Under the pieces are notes generated by a model. It did no database searches. It was not told where the DNA came from and saw nothing but the letters and a program-made list of their open reading frames with translations. A stretch of DNA of 63,741 bases, the filler included, from Octopus bimaculoides (Eukaryota): the NCBI RefSeq assembly GCF_001194135.2. It is 8 parts of 7 records of this genome, joined end to end, with 100 filler letters (N's around TTAATTAATTAA, not from the genome) between each part and the next. Parts side by side here need not be neighbours in the genome. Positions count along the whole stretch, not along the records: positions 8,197 to 19,530 come from NC_068988.1; positions 19,631 to 29,414 come from NC_068990.1; 6 more parts are not named here. One strand, written 5' to 3'. Below, one piece after another: positions 12,801-25,700 of this stretch. The translations under genes were made by a program, and so were the position numbers. Every line of letters starts with the position of its first letter. Position 1 is the first letter of the stretch.

Positions 12801-13544
12801 CGGGTCAATTGATCAGTGAAAAACAGTTAATCATTTTTTTTTTCATTAGAAACATTGACAAGAAATCATTCTCAGCATCGGCTCTGTAAAGTTTCCCAAT
12901 TTTTTACATTCTACATGCGAATTCTGTTATTTTTAGTTAAAAAGTTGTTATGTCTAAGTAGGGAATTTTTGTGAGAATTTATCCAACGTGGCACTTTAAA
13001 TCTTGTTTTTATATCCGTCAGGTTTCAGGAAACAAACATCCGTATCAATAATAATATTCATTGGGGATGAATGAAACACAAAAGGATTAAATGAGGGTTT
13101 AGCAGAACCGAAAGGAGAGAGAGCCAGAACAGAGAATCTGTCAAGCATCTCCTTTGCTTGTCAAAATGTGTGGTGCTCGAGCGAAGAAAGAACTACTTAG
13201 AGGCCTAGGAAACCTGTTCAAAAGTTTCCAGTCGTCTGACAGATAACAACGAGATCTCCTTGATTTGCCTGTGTAGCATGAAGCAACCATAACAGACCGT
13301 CCAAATTGTATCTAGATAGAGTATTTGTAAGACCAGCAGTTAAGAATAATGGAGGATGTCCAAATTTCAAAGTGATTGGTTACACAAACCATAAATTTGA
13401 GATCTGTTCGGTTTACTCTGTGAATACTTGGTTACTAAAAAGCGAATATTTCATTCTCGGCACACAAAAACTAATGAGACCGAATTAGAGAATTTGTTAA
13501 GGAGCAAATGATGGGGGGAATTACCATTTGTAACAACTAATGAA

Positions 13545-13990
13545 AATCTTATTGATAGTTTCAAATTTTGGCTCAAAAGCAGCAATTTCGGGGGAGGGAT
13601 TAAGTCGAATAAATCGACATCTACTGGCATGTATTTTATCGAATCGGAAAGAATGAAAGGCAAGGTTGAACTCAGAGAAATTTGAGCACAGATCATAAAG
13701 ACGGATGAAATGCCGCTAAGCATTTTACCTGGCGTGCTAACAGTTCTTTCAGCTAGTCGCCTTAAAAAACGATTAATATTAGAGTCGGTTATGAAGTGGT
13801 GAACTGGCAGAATCATTAGAATCGAGCGGAATACTTAGCGACATTTCGTCCATCTTCACGTTTTAGATTGAAATTCCGCTGGCGTCAACTTTGCCTTTCA
13901 TGTATTCGGGGTCGATAAAATAAGTACTAATTGAGCACTGAGGACGACAGAATCAGCTTAACACCTCTTTAATGTTTCTGTTTTTTGTGC
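13545..13990. mobile_element. Head-to-head SINE family A pair (minus ~13545-13775; plus ~13793-13990)
   Basis: Both match the family A consensus, in opposite orientations. Confidence 0.75.
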
Positions 13991-14243
13991 CAAAATTTAT
14001 AATCGGTAAGGTTGCAAACAATAAACCATTTTCTTAAGTTTGTTTCTCAAATCTTAATTGTAAATCCCGTAAAAATTGTAAATCAAAGCTTAAATTCTTC
14101 TTCATCCAGAGTGGATAAAACAATACGGTTTAATTAATGAGGTCAATGAAATTAACTGTATCCTTCTACCTATGTGAGCAATCGAAATTATTAGCATTGA
14201 AAAAGCAACAAGTCCTAATGAAGCACAAGTGATCGATACATAC

Positions 14244-14395
14244 TTGTCATCGAACGTGTAGTTTGCTGTTATTTTTCCAAACCATGGTTTTGAAATGAGA
14301 TTACTAGAATGGAACCACGATCTGATATTGGTTTTTCTTGCGGTGAAAGTTAATGAGTGAATTTCTGTATCATTTTTTCTCAATATGAGTTTCAC
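14244..14395 (-). CDS. PAN-domain gene exon 3
   Basis: TTTGTATTTGCAG acceptor and GTATGT donor; phase 0 to 2; VKLILRKNDTEIHSLTFTARKTNIRSWFHSSNLISKPWFGKITANYTFDD. Confidence 0.82.
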
Positions 14396-14642
14396 CTGCA
14401 AATACAAAATTGAATGAAATCAAAAAGAAATCTAACAAGACTGAGAGAAAAATATGAGGAGCGAGAGACTGAGAGTGAGAGGGAGCGTGATAGGAAGGAA
14501 AAGGATATTGAAAATTGTGAGGGAGAAATGCCAAGAGAAAATTGTGGCGTGGGGTTAACAAAAGGTATAAAGGGCTGACAACTATGTAATATAATATTTT
14601 TTATTACACGACAATCATTTTGAAATTTTCAAAGGGTATCAC

Positions 14643-14734
14643 CTTATCAATAGACAAACTCTTCCAATATCTGTAAGCAGGATTCCTTTTAAACACATTT
14701 GTTCTCATCTCGAATATTTTCTGCCAGCTTGTAC
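14643..14734 (-). CDS. PAN-domain gene exon 2
   Basis: CATACAG acceptor and GTGATA donor; 92 nt, phase 1 to 0, exactly bridging exons 1 and 3; TSWQKIFEMRTNVFKRNPAYRYWKSLSIDK. Confidence 0.82.
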
Positions 14735-15584
14735 CTGTATGAGTAATGAATGATATCGTTTTAGATGTAAAAGAACAGACGAGTTTTTAATAATTTTTTT
14801 AAAGAGAATATGCTAGTATGTTTTACAATGGACTCAAAATTATTGTGTTGATTTAGAAATTATTCGATATAAATTATTCCTAGGTTTCGTCTTAATGATT
14901 TTGGTTTTGGGTTTCGATTTCATTAGTACAAGAATTCGATATTTAAAGGAAATACTACAAAATTATTGTTTCTGTTGTTATTTAGCACCAAGTCAACCCT
15001 GAGTGACACGTCCCATGGGAAAAGTCATCGCAGCCACGATGGATCATACTGGGGGAAATTAGCGTTTGATATAATGTAAAAGAACGGTTTTGTAATGAAA
15101 ACGCATCTACAGAAATACTAACTTAGTGAGTTTGATTTCATTCTTTAAATCTTTGAAATGAGAGCTTTATCCTTTGTTGCAATACTTGTGATCATTGATT
15201 TTGGAAACAGTGCAAGACTAGTGTGATGTATTAATGATGTTTGTATATAAAATATAATGGTGTAATAACAATTGCACCTACTCTGAGAAGGTGATGAAAA
15301 AAATAAAACCATTCTGCGTGCTATGAGAGACACGTCTATTTTATGCTAAAAATATGGTTAACTAAACAGCACAGAGATACATATTGTGTGTGTTAATATA
15401 TAGAAACTACTTCAGTAGATGTCAACTAATTATACCTAAGTAAGTAAGTCATTGCAACTTGTCATTTAAAATCATTGGCATATTATTGAATGAAATAAAC
15501 AAATAGAACTAGGGAAATATACTCTTCGTTTTATACAAATAATATCCTTTTCTGTTTTGGGATGAAATATTTGTCCCAGTAGAC

Positions 15585-15745
15585 ATTTCTAATATGGACA
15601 CAAAGCCACGCATTTAAAGAAAAGATGCAATCCTTTAAAACGACCTCAGTACTTTGTTAGTACTTAATTTATCAATTCCAAAAGGATAAGAGATGAAGTC
15701 GAAATTGATGGGGTTTTATGTCGGAAATGTAATGTAATCGTAACT
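15585..15745 (-). mobile_element. SINE family A copy (degraded)
   Basis: Partial homology to the family A 3' half. Confidence 0.55.
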
Positions 15746-16293
15746 AATAACGCAATGTAATTTACCCGCCGCTCCATCGATTTCGTTCTGCCACCGCCCA
15801 TATATTTGACACAATATTAATCAAACAACAGCATGAATGAAAACCAAGATATGATCTTCTATATATTTGCTTAGGGTTTTAACATATGTTGCAATCTTGC
15901 TAACTATTTACAACTAGTAAATGGGTGAAACCAATAAAAGATGATAAGGAAATTTTGTTGCTCTGTAATTATGTTCATTTGTTTTTTCGGCAAACTGAAT
16001 TTATTTTTAGTATAACCTCTCTCTCACACACACACACACCAAATATCCATATAACTATCTACAATAAATCTTCACATTCAAAAAGCCAAACAAATCCATT
16101 TTTCACTGGTATTTTTGTTTAAAAATAATGAGAATTTAATTATTTTCTGATATATAAAAACAGGAATGTAACGAATGAGTCAGTGAAACAAACAAACTGA
16201 ACACGAAAAAGTAGGTTGATACATTTCATGGGGATGGTGGTAGAAAGTTAATATAAAAAGCTCAAAAATACATGTAAAACGTGATTTACTCAC

Positions 16294-16621
16294 GGTTTCC
16301 AGAGAGCGTAAAATAAGATACACAGTCGCATTTAGTATGGTAATTATATTGCCAGTAGAACAATTTATACATTTTGCACGGTCCATTACAATAGCTAAAA
16401 TAGCCACACGTGTCATTCATCATACACCGTAATGCACATTCTGTGACGGACGACGTATATTCGGTACGTACAATTGGAAGTTTCAAGCATTCTGACTCAG
16501 TTGTTTTCCGAAAGAGTTGCACGTCATAGTTTGATGCACCAGTTCTCAAAATCGCGATAAAAATAATTGTTAAAACATGCAGTCGGCTGAGAATCATAGG
16601 GTATTGATTTGACGTCTTCAT
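16294..16621 (-). CDS. Secreted PAN/Apple-domain protein, first coding exon
   Basis: ATG at 16621 or 16597; signal peptide MILSRLHVLTIIFIAILRTGAS; PAN-type SVTECALRCMMNDTCGYFSYCNGPCKMY; perfect GTGAGT donor (phase 1). An acceptor just before 16623 implies an upstream exon. Confidence 0.85.
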
Positions 16622-16645
16622 TCCTGAAAAATATACACATATATA

Positions 16646-16745
16646 CAGGGTGTCCCCAAAAAATGTATACACACTTTAAAAACTTGTAAAGTAGGTGTTT
16701 ATTAAAATACATTTCATTTTCAAAATTTAAAAGAATCTACGGACA
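16646..16745 (+). mobile_element. Tc1/mariner-type terminal inverted repeat end
   Basis: TA|CAGGGTGTCCCCAAAAAATGTATACACACTTT; no partner TIR seen. Confidence 0.6.
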
Positions 16746-16814
16746 TTATTTTATTGTTTTGTCAACGCCTGTTTACAAGCTAACGTCCGTTGTGATCCAA
16801 GCATTACTAACAAC

Positions 16815-17140
16815 GCGAAGTTTTGATCGTTTCTTACCATCTTTGTTTTCTTTGCAGCGAGGCGTCGTTTCAGTTCCTCTATTACCACTTTCAAGCCCTT
16901 TCTTTCAATATCGTACTTCTTTTTTCAGTGCCCTGTATTTTTGTTCGTTTTTAAGCTTCACCTCTTTTCGGGCTAACACAGAAATGGCCTCCGAGTGCAT
17001 ATCTAACCCCACCTGTATTCTTCTTTTTCACCATGGATGTTTTCTTTTATCACTCCCATTATATTCCTTTTTCTTGACATCAGCACCCACATTTTCTGCT
17101 ACAACAATACTTGCTGCCTATTCAAATTGTTTGTTTCTGT
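16815..17140 (-). mobile_element. R4/Dong-clade LINE N-terminal fragment
   Basis: Reverse strand gives KRKHPW..KRRIQ and KYRALKKKYDIERKGLKVVIEELKRRLAAKKTKM, the same region type as 367-1195. Confidence 0.75.
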
Positions 17141-18616
17141 GATTTTTTTTTGTTCTGATATATTTTGTTCTGATATATAGAAGAAGGACGTGTGCTCATG
17201 AGTTGTAAGTTTTTATTCAATTCTTACAGATAATATTATTGTATCTGAAATACAATAAAGAGATTAAAACTAAGCGAATGAAGGTTTCGTTTTCTTTTTT
17301 TATTCAATGGAATTAAATTCTGAGCATGTAAAATTTTCCAAAGTAATTGCACAATGAAATGTCCGAAGAGAAAGAAAAAATTAATAAATTCAGAATCATC
17401 GTCATTACTCTAACGGGACATATGCAAACATAATTAAAAATGCATAAGGAAGAGACAACATTAAGGACATTTCCACTGACTTATAAAACCAGTTGATTTA
17501 TTTACGTTGGTTTCGATAAAGATAATATGGTCTTAAAACAATATCGTCACATTCTTTCCAATTTGTAAAGATAGGTGAACAACACGAACTTACTTTAGAA
17601 ATTGTCGTCTGCATATTTCACTTTCCTTAAACACGTTCTTAACCCCCTTTTTCTTCTTTCCTGTCAGAATGCTTTACAATTGTGATGATTAGTAAATTAT
17701 CAGCTTTACCATTAGCTTCGTTAGCTTTTAATTAATGTCTACTTCTTTCCACTGATCCTCGCAAGTAAGCGAATCGAAACAAGCTTCATGTATTTATACG
17801 GTTGGTGAACAAAAGAATTATATTTTAGCTGGCCGATATATTGATAGCTTTCAACTTATTTGTAGATAGTTCACTAGCTAAATTACAAATAATGCTGTCG
17901 GAAGAGATGTGTGTATATNNNNNNNNNNNNNNNNNNNNNNNNNNNNNNNNNNNNNNNGAGAGTCATTAATATTTCTAAGTCTCTCTAAAGGAGACTGCGG
18001 CAGCGGTACTGGAAATTAATAGTTATCGCCAAGCCAACATGGCATCCCAAAATTAGGACGGAAGCTGCCGTGAATTAGCTCCAAGAAGCCATCGCCTCTA
18101 GCTAGCTATGTGATATATATATATGTGTGTGTGTGTGTGCAGAAAATATAGAAATTCTCGAACGCGGGAAGGCTGTGCGGGCAGCTTAGAGATTATATCT
18201 GAATATATTAAACTATGATTTACCCTTAAGTTACCAACTACTGTTAACCTTACAGCAAGACAGATACATAGTTAGATAATGCACGAGTAGTGCCTACGGA
18301 TACATTTAACCCATAGACAGTTGCATAACCTCTAACTCATAATATATATATACATATGGAAAAAAGGTCATGGTAGAAAATACTAAAATAATTTTATAAA
18401 AAACATTTCAGTACCCGTTTCAGTCATTGAGACTTTTTCAACTGTAAGTATAAAAAACAATTAAATTCTGGAAAAATTAAAAGAAAAGATTTTAAAAGAA
18501 TATTTGCTTAGTGTTCAAATACAAGTACCATTTTCCTTGTTACTGTTTGTTTCTGCCTCTCATGTTATCTATATTTATATAGATAGATAATTACATGCTT
18601 ACACACACACACACAC

Positions 18617-18678
<62 letters not shown>

Positions 18679-18732
18679 NNNNNNNNNNNNNNNNNNNNNN
18701 NNNNNNNNNNNNNNNNNNNNNNNNNNNNNNNN

Positions 18733-18778
<46 letters not shown>

Positions 18779-19074
18779 AATAAAATGTAACAGCTTAAGT
18801 ATGAAACCTCGATATTAGAGAAATAGAGGATTATTTACATATGTTATAATTTAGAACAAGCAGTAAATGGTTGTTATTATAGTACTTGGAGTTTTGGACG
18901 TCGGAGCGAAGACCTATGATACATTCCCGTCGGCTATTAATGGCAACAGAAGCTACGAAAAACCGTTATATAAAAGGGAAATAAATCTAATATATGGAAA
19001 AAAAGACAAAAATACACGCAACCATACGTATACACACGTATACACACACACAAGTACACATGTATATATCTTTA

Positions 19075-19454
19075 TCTGAAAGTTTTGGTTTTCTTCCGGA
19101 GTTTTGTTTCGACGTGAACGTTTTTATCTCTTTCTCAAAGGCTGTCATTACTTTTGAGACAGTACTTCTTGATACACCAAACATTTCGGCTGTTTTCGTT
19201 ACGCTAGCGCCTGCTATAGGAGCACCAACAATTTGACCTCTTTGAAAGTCCGATAAATTTGTCATGTTGATGAATTTTTATTACCTTTTACTGATGATAT
19301 CTGAAAATAAACAGCAAATTTAGCCAAACATATTAAGCCACGCTAATAATAAACCCAAAATCATAAAAATAAACAAGCTTTTGACGGTTTTATGGATAAT
19401 TCTAAATTATGATGCTATGATGCCAGGTGTTTCCATTATTTTGTCCAACCCCTG
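19075..19454 (-). mobile_element. Tc1 transposon 5' end with transposase HTH
   Basis: TA|CAGGGGTTGGACAAAATAATGGAAACACC TIR; MTNLSDFQRGQIVGA..GASVTKTAEMFGVSRSTVSKVM..SGRKPKLSDKD. Confidence 0.92.
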
Positions 19455-19465
19455 TATATATATGC

Positions 19466-19530
<65 letters not shown>

Positions 19531-19757
19531 NNNNNNNNNNNNNNNNNNNNNNNNNNNNNNNNNNNNNNNNNNNNTTAATTAATTAANNNNNNNNNNNNNN
19601 NNNNNNNNNNNNNNNNNNNNNNNNNNNNNNTATATATATATATATACATGCATATATGGGTACAGGATATAAAAAGAAAACGTTAAACATATACACATAT
19701 ATGCATGTGTTTGTATGTATGCATATATGTATGTGTATATATGTGTGTGTGTGTGAG

Positions 19758-19815
<58 letters not shown>

Positions 19816-21166
19816 AAATCATATAAAACGATTGCCTGCAGCAAATGTATTGTAAGCTACTTAATGTTTTAATATGCTAGTCAATAGGATTCTTAACTTA
19901 AAAAATTAAATTTTAAAGTTCAGTTAACCCACATAAATGAAAAACAAAAACAATTCAACAATAGTGGTCCGGAAAAGTAACACAATCAGCTGCTTATAAC
20001 CAACTAATTTGGGAACTCAGCATGGGAACTACATGTTCATATATGTATATGTATATATATTTGTACACGTATATATCTCTCTGTATATATGTACATACAT
20101 ACATACATACATACATACATACACACACACATACATACATACATATANNNNNNNNNNNNNNNNNNNNNNNNNNNNNNNNNNNNNNNNNNNNNNNNNNNNN
20201 NNNNNNNNNNNNNNNNNNNNNNNNNNNNNNNNNNNNNNNNNNNNNNNNNNNNNNNNNNNNNNNNNNNNNNNNNNNNNNNNNNNNNNNNNNNNNNNNNNNN
20301 NNNNNNNNNNNNNNNNNNNNNNNNNNNNNNNNNNNNNNNNNNNNNNNNNNNNNNNNNNNNNNNNNNNNNNNNNNNNNNNNNNNNNNNNNNNNNNNNNNNN
20401 NNNNNNNNNNNNNNNNNNNNNNNNNNNNNNNNNNNNNNNNNNNNNNNNNNNNNNNNNNNNNNNNNNNNNNNNNNNNNNNNNNNNNNNNNNNNNNNNNNNN
20501 NNNNNNNNNNNNNNNNNNNNNNNNNNNNNNNNNNNNNNNNNNNNNNNNNNNNNNNNNNNNNNNNNNNNNNNNNNNNNNNNNNNNNNNNNNNNNNNNNNNN
20601 NNNNNNNNNNNNNNNNNNNNNNNNNNNNNNNNNNNNNNNNNNNNNNNNNNNNNNNNNNNNNNNNNNNNNNNNNNNNNNNNNNNNNNNNNNNNNNNNNNNN
20701 NNNNNNNNNNNNNNNNNNNNNNNNNNNNNNNNNNNNNNNNNNNNNNNNNNNNNNNNNNNNNNNNNNNNNNNATATAATACATCTTACCAGTATTGTATAT
20801 TTTACCAATCGGTTTCGCACCAGAAATTAAACCGGATGTTATATATCGGCATCGTTATGTTATACCGTGTGCTCGTCAGAGGTAGGTATGGGGAAAATAT
20901 GGCTGAGCGCACGGCATTTGCTAACATCCGGGTTTAATACCCAGTGCGAAACCGATTGGTAAGACAGGCAGTAACGAATGGATAACGTGCATATTTTTTC
21001 TGACTTATGGATACTTAGACGACTGTATCCAGAAATCCTAGTGTCAGGATCTATGTGGGCACACATTTCTTTGACTGTACTCTTCTGAAGATGGGCCTTT
21101 GCACCCAAAATATATAAAGGTTTTTCAACGTCATTCTCTGCTTTCTTAGAAGCTTTCTTCATTTCA

Positions 21167-21228
<62 letters not shown>

Positions 21229-23079
21229 CACGCCGGTCGTCTTTAAGTTTCTGTTTACCAAATCCACTCACATGCCTTTGGTTAGCCCGAGGCTGTAGTA
21301 GCAGACACTTACTCAAGGTGCTATGCAATGTGACTGAACCCAGAACCACGCGATTGCAAAGCGAGTTACTGAGGTCAAAATATTGATGTCAGTTTAATTG
21401 TCTAAATCCTTCGCCTATAAATTTTTTAGATTTGTGGTTTTATGACAAAAAAAAAAAGAAAAAAGGAAAAAGACATGTTTTTTGTCAAAGGTAGAAATTA
21501 TCACCGTTATGAGACCAGTGAGTTGGCACAATCAGTCAAGTCTTGTAGCATTTGGTTACAACCCTTTACACTTCAAGTTCAAATCCTGCCATGGATGGTC
21601 CTCTTAGTCTTTAGTATCTAGTTCAGTCATGGGCAAATTGCAGCCTGCAGGACTTTCTGAATAGCACACCTTAGGAAAAAATTACTGTGAATTGTTTAGT
21701 AGTACGGCCCCTCCTGACGAAGAACCATGTCTCATGCAGCCCACTTCTCGAAAACTGTTGTCCATACCTGGTATAGGATGACTGGCTATGCATGTGTGTA
21801 AAAACAGCACCATCCTAGATATGAAAGCAGTACTCCATTTTAGGTATCACCTGAGTTTTACAGAGCGCGTGTAGTTGTTAGAGGCAGTTATTTCTTCGAT
21901 CAACTGAATGTTTCGGGTGTACTGGTTTCGGTAAATTGTAACGTGACCAACTAATCGCATTGTCAAATAAAGAGATTCATTCACTTTGAAAGCTGCCAAG
22001 TGAAGTAATGAATTAGAAGTTCCAGAGTTTTTAGGAGTGTGGAACCACCTCTTAGTGACTACTGTTCCTAGACCTACTCTGACCAGGAGTAGTAGCACCT
22101 GTAAGGACCCGAGCTGAGGATTAATTAGTAGGTAAATAGAGGTCAGCTGTGAATATGGGAATAAACTGCATCAGACTAAATCACTAGTCGCCCCTTGACA
22201 AGGCCTGGCACTCAGTAACCACTCGAGTCCGGGTTACGCCGAAATTATGAGACGCAGCATAGTGGATGTGAGTTATTTCGGCAGATGAACTTCTTTAGCC
22301 AATGGCGTGTATCACTAGACACTGAGCGAATGAGCAAACAACAAATTGTCGACGGCCAGGATCAGCAAGCTCACTTGGTATACGGCCCATGTCATCTGTA
22401 GTCGCGGCATTCGCAAATGAGACAATTAGTTATCGAAAAAACATTTTGACTTATTGGTCCGGGAAAATCGCCCGACCGGATCACAATGACATCCTTGTAA
22501 TATTGCTGAAATTAAATGAATGTACAATTGGGGAAAATATCCAAAGGTGCCTTCTGCATGAAAGTTTAGTAGTAAGGTGGGTGTTAGCATACTTCATGCG
22601 GTCTATCAAAGAAAAAAAAAACCTATTTAAGATTGCACTCTGAAATAACGGATTCAAATTTTGGCACACGGTTACCAATTTTTGGAGGGGAGATAAGTTG
22701 ATTACGTCGATCCCAGTGTTCTAGATATCAAAGTATTATCAGTTGTAAATGAATTAAAGTCGAGTCTCCAGAAACCAGGAGCTTTACCTGATATTACATT
22801 GGAACGAATTTCGCATTTTGGTAGTTCGATTCTTAAAACCAGAAGCCGCTGTCGAAATTAGTTTAAAAGATCGAAGCTATAGTTTTGGAGCATATTCCCT
22901 GGCATTCTGGTTAATGCTCTTTTAGCATTGGTAAAATGTTTCACGTAGTAGTGTTTTATTTTCTTCAGTTGAATTACGAAGCTTTTGTTATTGGTAAAAA
23001 GCGACGTAGAAAAGCTGATGCAAGCTTTTTTGATTTCAAACTTATATCATTTATGTGACAAGAGATATCTTATATCTCA

Positions 23080-23250
23080 TCTATTTGTTTCAGTCATTGG
23101 ATTGATACTGAGGTATCACTTTGCAGGGTTTTAGTCGAACGAATCGACTCAATTTCTTACTTTTTTAATGCCGTTAATTTACATGGATTTAAACAAACCA
23201 ACACTGGTCGTCAAGCGGTGGCGGGTGACAAACACAAATGCAAACACGTA
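23080..23250 (+). mobile_element. Interspersed repeat family D (SINE-like)
   Basis: TGTTTCAGTCATT..TTTAGTCGAACGAATCGAC..CGTCAAGCGGTGGCGGG homology to 25920-26010, 38090-38225, 53835-54025 and 55005-55215. Confidence 0.65.
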
Positions 23251-24684
23251 CTCGTGGGACCGCTGAAATCTACAAGTTTTTTAAAATTCCCTCTCTGTTT
23301 ATTTTCTCTTATTCCTTTCTATTCAAGAGCGTAGGCTCGAAACCCAAAATACTTTTTCCTTTTTCCCCGAACGTCAAACTAAATACATTTGATTGTTCAT
23401 ACACCTGTCTTCGTCTTTTGTTTTTCTATAAATTTCAACTATATATACGAAGGGCTTTTTTCAGTTTCCGTCTACCAAATCCACTTACAAGGCTTCTGTT
23501 GACCCGGGAATACAGTGAGAGACACAGGAAGCAAACTTTTTGCAACACAAACTTCTTACAGTATCATATTTCACTTGGAGGTCCTTCAAAAGTTCTTAAT
23601 GTTTTCTCTGTTTGCCAACCCCTTATTCTTTAATGAAGTTATTACGTTGTGTTAACACTTTAATCCCATTATTTATTCCTTGTGGAATTGGACATTCATT
23701 TTGTTGTTGAGTATGACAATGATATACTGTTAAAATTTTAGATTCCAGTTGACGGTTCTCCCATTCTTTCTTTGTTAAAGACACAAGGGTGCCACTTTAA
23801 CGAGAGGTCATATCTAGCCATTTACACTCTATTCCTAAATTCTAATCAAACCCTAAACCATGACCCTAACCCTAACCACGTAACCCAATTCCAAACGTAG
23901 ACCAGGTCATTACACAGTGTAGACTACGGATAGCCCTGTTGACTGCACGTTAAGGTTGCACGAACACAATTCTTTTTTCAGGTCCTACAAAAAACCGGTC
24001 ATAATAATTTAGAAAGGATAACTCGAAACAGTTTATTTGTTTCTACCACCAAAAATTTATTTGATGAGGGCTCAAAAAAATAAAAACAACTTTACCTCTA
24101 GTAACCCTGTGGATCGATTTTAAAGCAAGCAAATTTTCGCTTGTCATAAAGTTTACCGTTATCACACGTACAAACTTGACCAATTCTGTTGTGTTTACTG
24201 TAACTGTTGTTTTCTTTACAGCTAACGGATTAAATCACAAACTCTGCTGCTTCTTTTTCAAGGATACTTAAATACCATTAACAATGTCTGTTATTCGATC
24301 AGAGATTGTCCTCAGGGGTAAACAAATATTCTCAAACAATTTGACCTTTTCTGGAATTCAATATCGTTCAATATTAGCTACGCATTCTTTAACTAACTCG
24401 ACTTTGATGTGTGGTTTCACTTTCTCTGCTATTTAGCTCTTACATTTCAGAACTTGCTTGTGTTACACAAGTAGTTTCATTTGTATATCATTCGAAAATA
24501 GATTGCTGTTTGCGTAAATATTTTTAAATGCCAACAATTCTAAATACAGGATTCTTTCCAGTTGTTTGAATTCTTTATCTTGTATCAAACGGTGACGTTC
24601 AATACTGTATTTTTAAAAATATAAATTGTAACCTAATCTTTACAATTATAAACACATTCGCATACGTCAATTTATTTCTATAAC

Positions 24685-24830
24685 TCATGAATGGCAACCT
24701 TTTTCGAGAAGCGGGCCGCATGAGACATGGCTCACCATTAGGCGGGCTGCTCTACTAAAGAAATTCAAGATAATTTTTCGTTCGGTGCACCATTCAAGAA
24801 GTCCTGCATGTCGAAGGTTGCCCATGGCTG
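24685..24830. mobile_element. hAT-like MITE
   Basis: Left end ..ATGGCAACCTT and right end AAGGTTGCCCATGGCTG are TIR-like, of the CAGGCATGGGCAAC type. Confidence 0.55.
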
Positions 24831-25169
24831 CAATAACCACTCTCAAACTATCTACTTCTCAACCAAGAAAGAACTATTAATGCTAATTTTGTTAATTCTA
24901 GTCATTGCAGAAAGGGTTGCTTTTTGCACTTTATAATATTTAATCATAAAAAATGTAGGCACATGTACAGTAAATATTGCTCAAAATTATTGCCCTTAAT
25001 TTGTAAGGACGCGAGCGACTATCAATCAAGATAAAGCTTAAATTCACTAACTATTCATCATCAATAACATCAAATATGACAATAGATACCTGCAAGATGT
25101 TCTATTTGGGTGAGTGAAGAGAGGCTTAGGTGATAAATGCTAGTTGGTTATAATAAAGACGGAACTATT

Positions 25170-25700
25170 ACGAGCTGACAGAACCGTAAGCACGCCGGGA
25201 AAAATGCTTAGCGACGTTTCGTCTGTTTATTTGTTCTAAGTTAAAATTCCGCTGAGGTTGACTTTGCCTTTCATCCTTTCGAGATCGATAAAATAAGATT
25301 ACATCGACCCCACCCCCATCAGTTCAACTGGAGGTTGATGTAATCAACTTATTCTCTTCCCCGAAATTGCTGATCTTGTGCCAAAATTTGAGGTCAGTAT
25401 TACGTTATCAATTCGGACGTATTCTCCACTTATAAATAATGTTATAAGGCCCGCACTAAAGCTAACAAAATATATATTTATGTAGTATGGGCTGTTGAAT
25501 ACAACTTATATTAAATTGCTAGGCGGCTAAGTAGAGCCGCTCCAGTCTTGTGAGTTCAAATCCTGCCGAGTTCAGTCTTGCCTTTCATCCTTTCGGGTTT
25601 TGATAAATGAAGTATCAGTCCAATGGTAGGGATCTATTCTTAATCCCTCTATCTCTTTCTGGAAGAAATAAGTGGTGTTTAGAATCCAAGAGCGATGGGC
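25170..25700 (+). mobile_element. Two SINE family A copies (~25170-25400, ~25515-25700)
   Basis: Family A homology. Confidence 0.75.

Noticed and set aside
13306-13488. ORF with GGCPN motif
   Set aside because: It is on the opposite strand to the PAN gene, and the minus frames contain stops; no recognisable family.
15130-15333. Candidate exon between PAN exons 1 and 2
   Set aside because: No AG/GT-bounded open frame with the needed phases; 14643-14734 already bridges the exons.
21712-21760. CTGACGA..GAAA hammerhead-like motif
   Set aside because: Stem II has a mismatch at the closing pair, and stems I and III cannot form.
23840-23885. Telomere-like CCCTAA units
   Set aside because: Only a few degenerate units; more likely part of a repeat element than an interstitial telomere.
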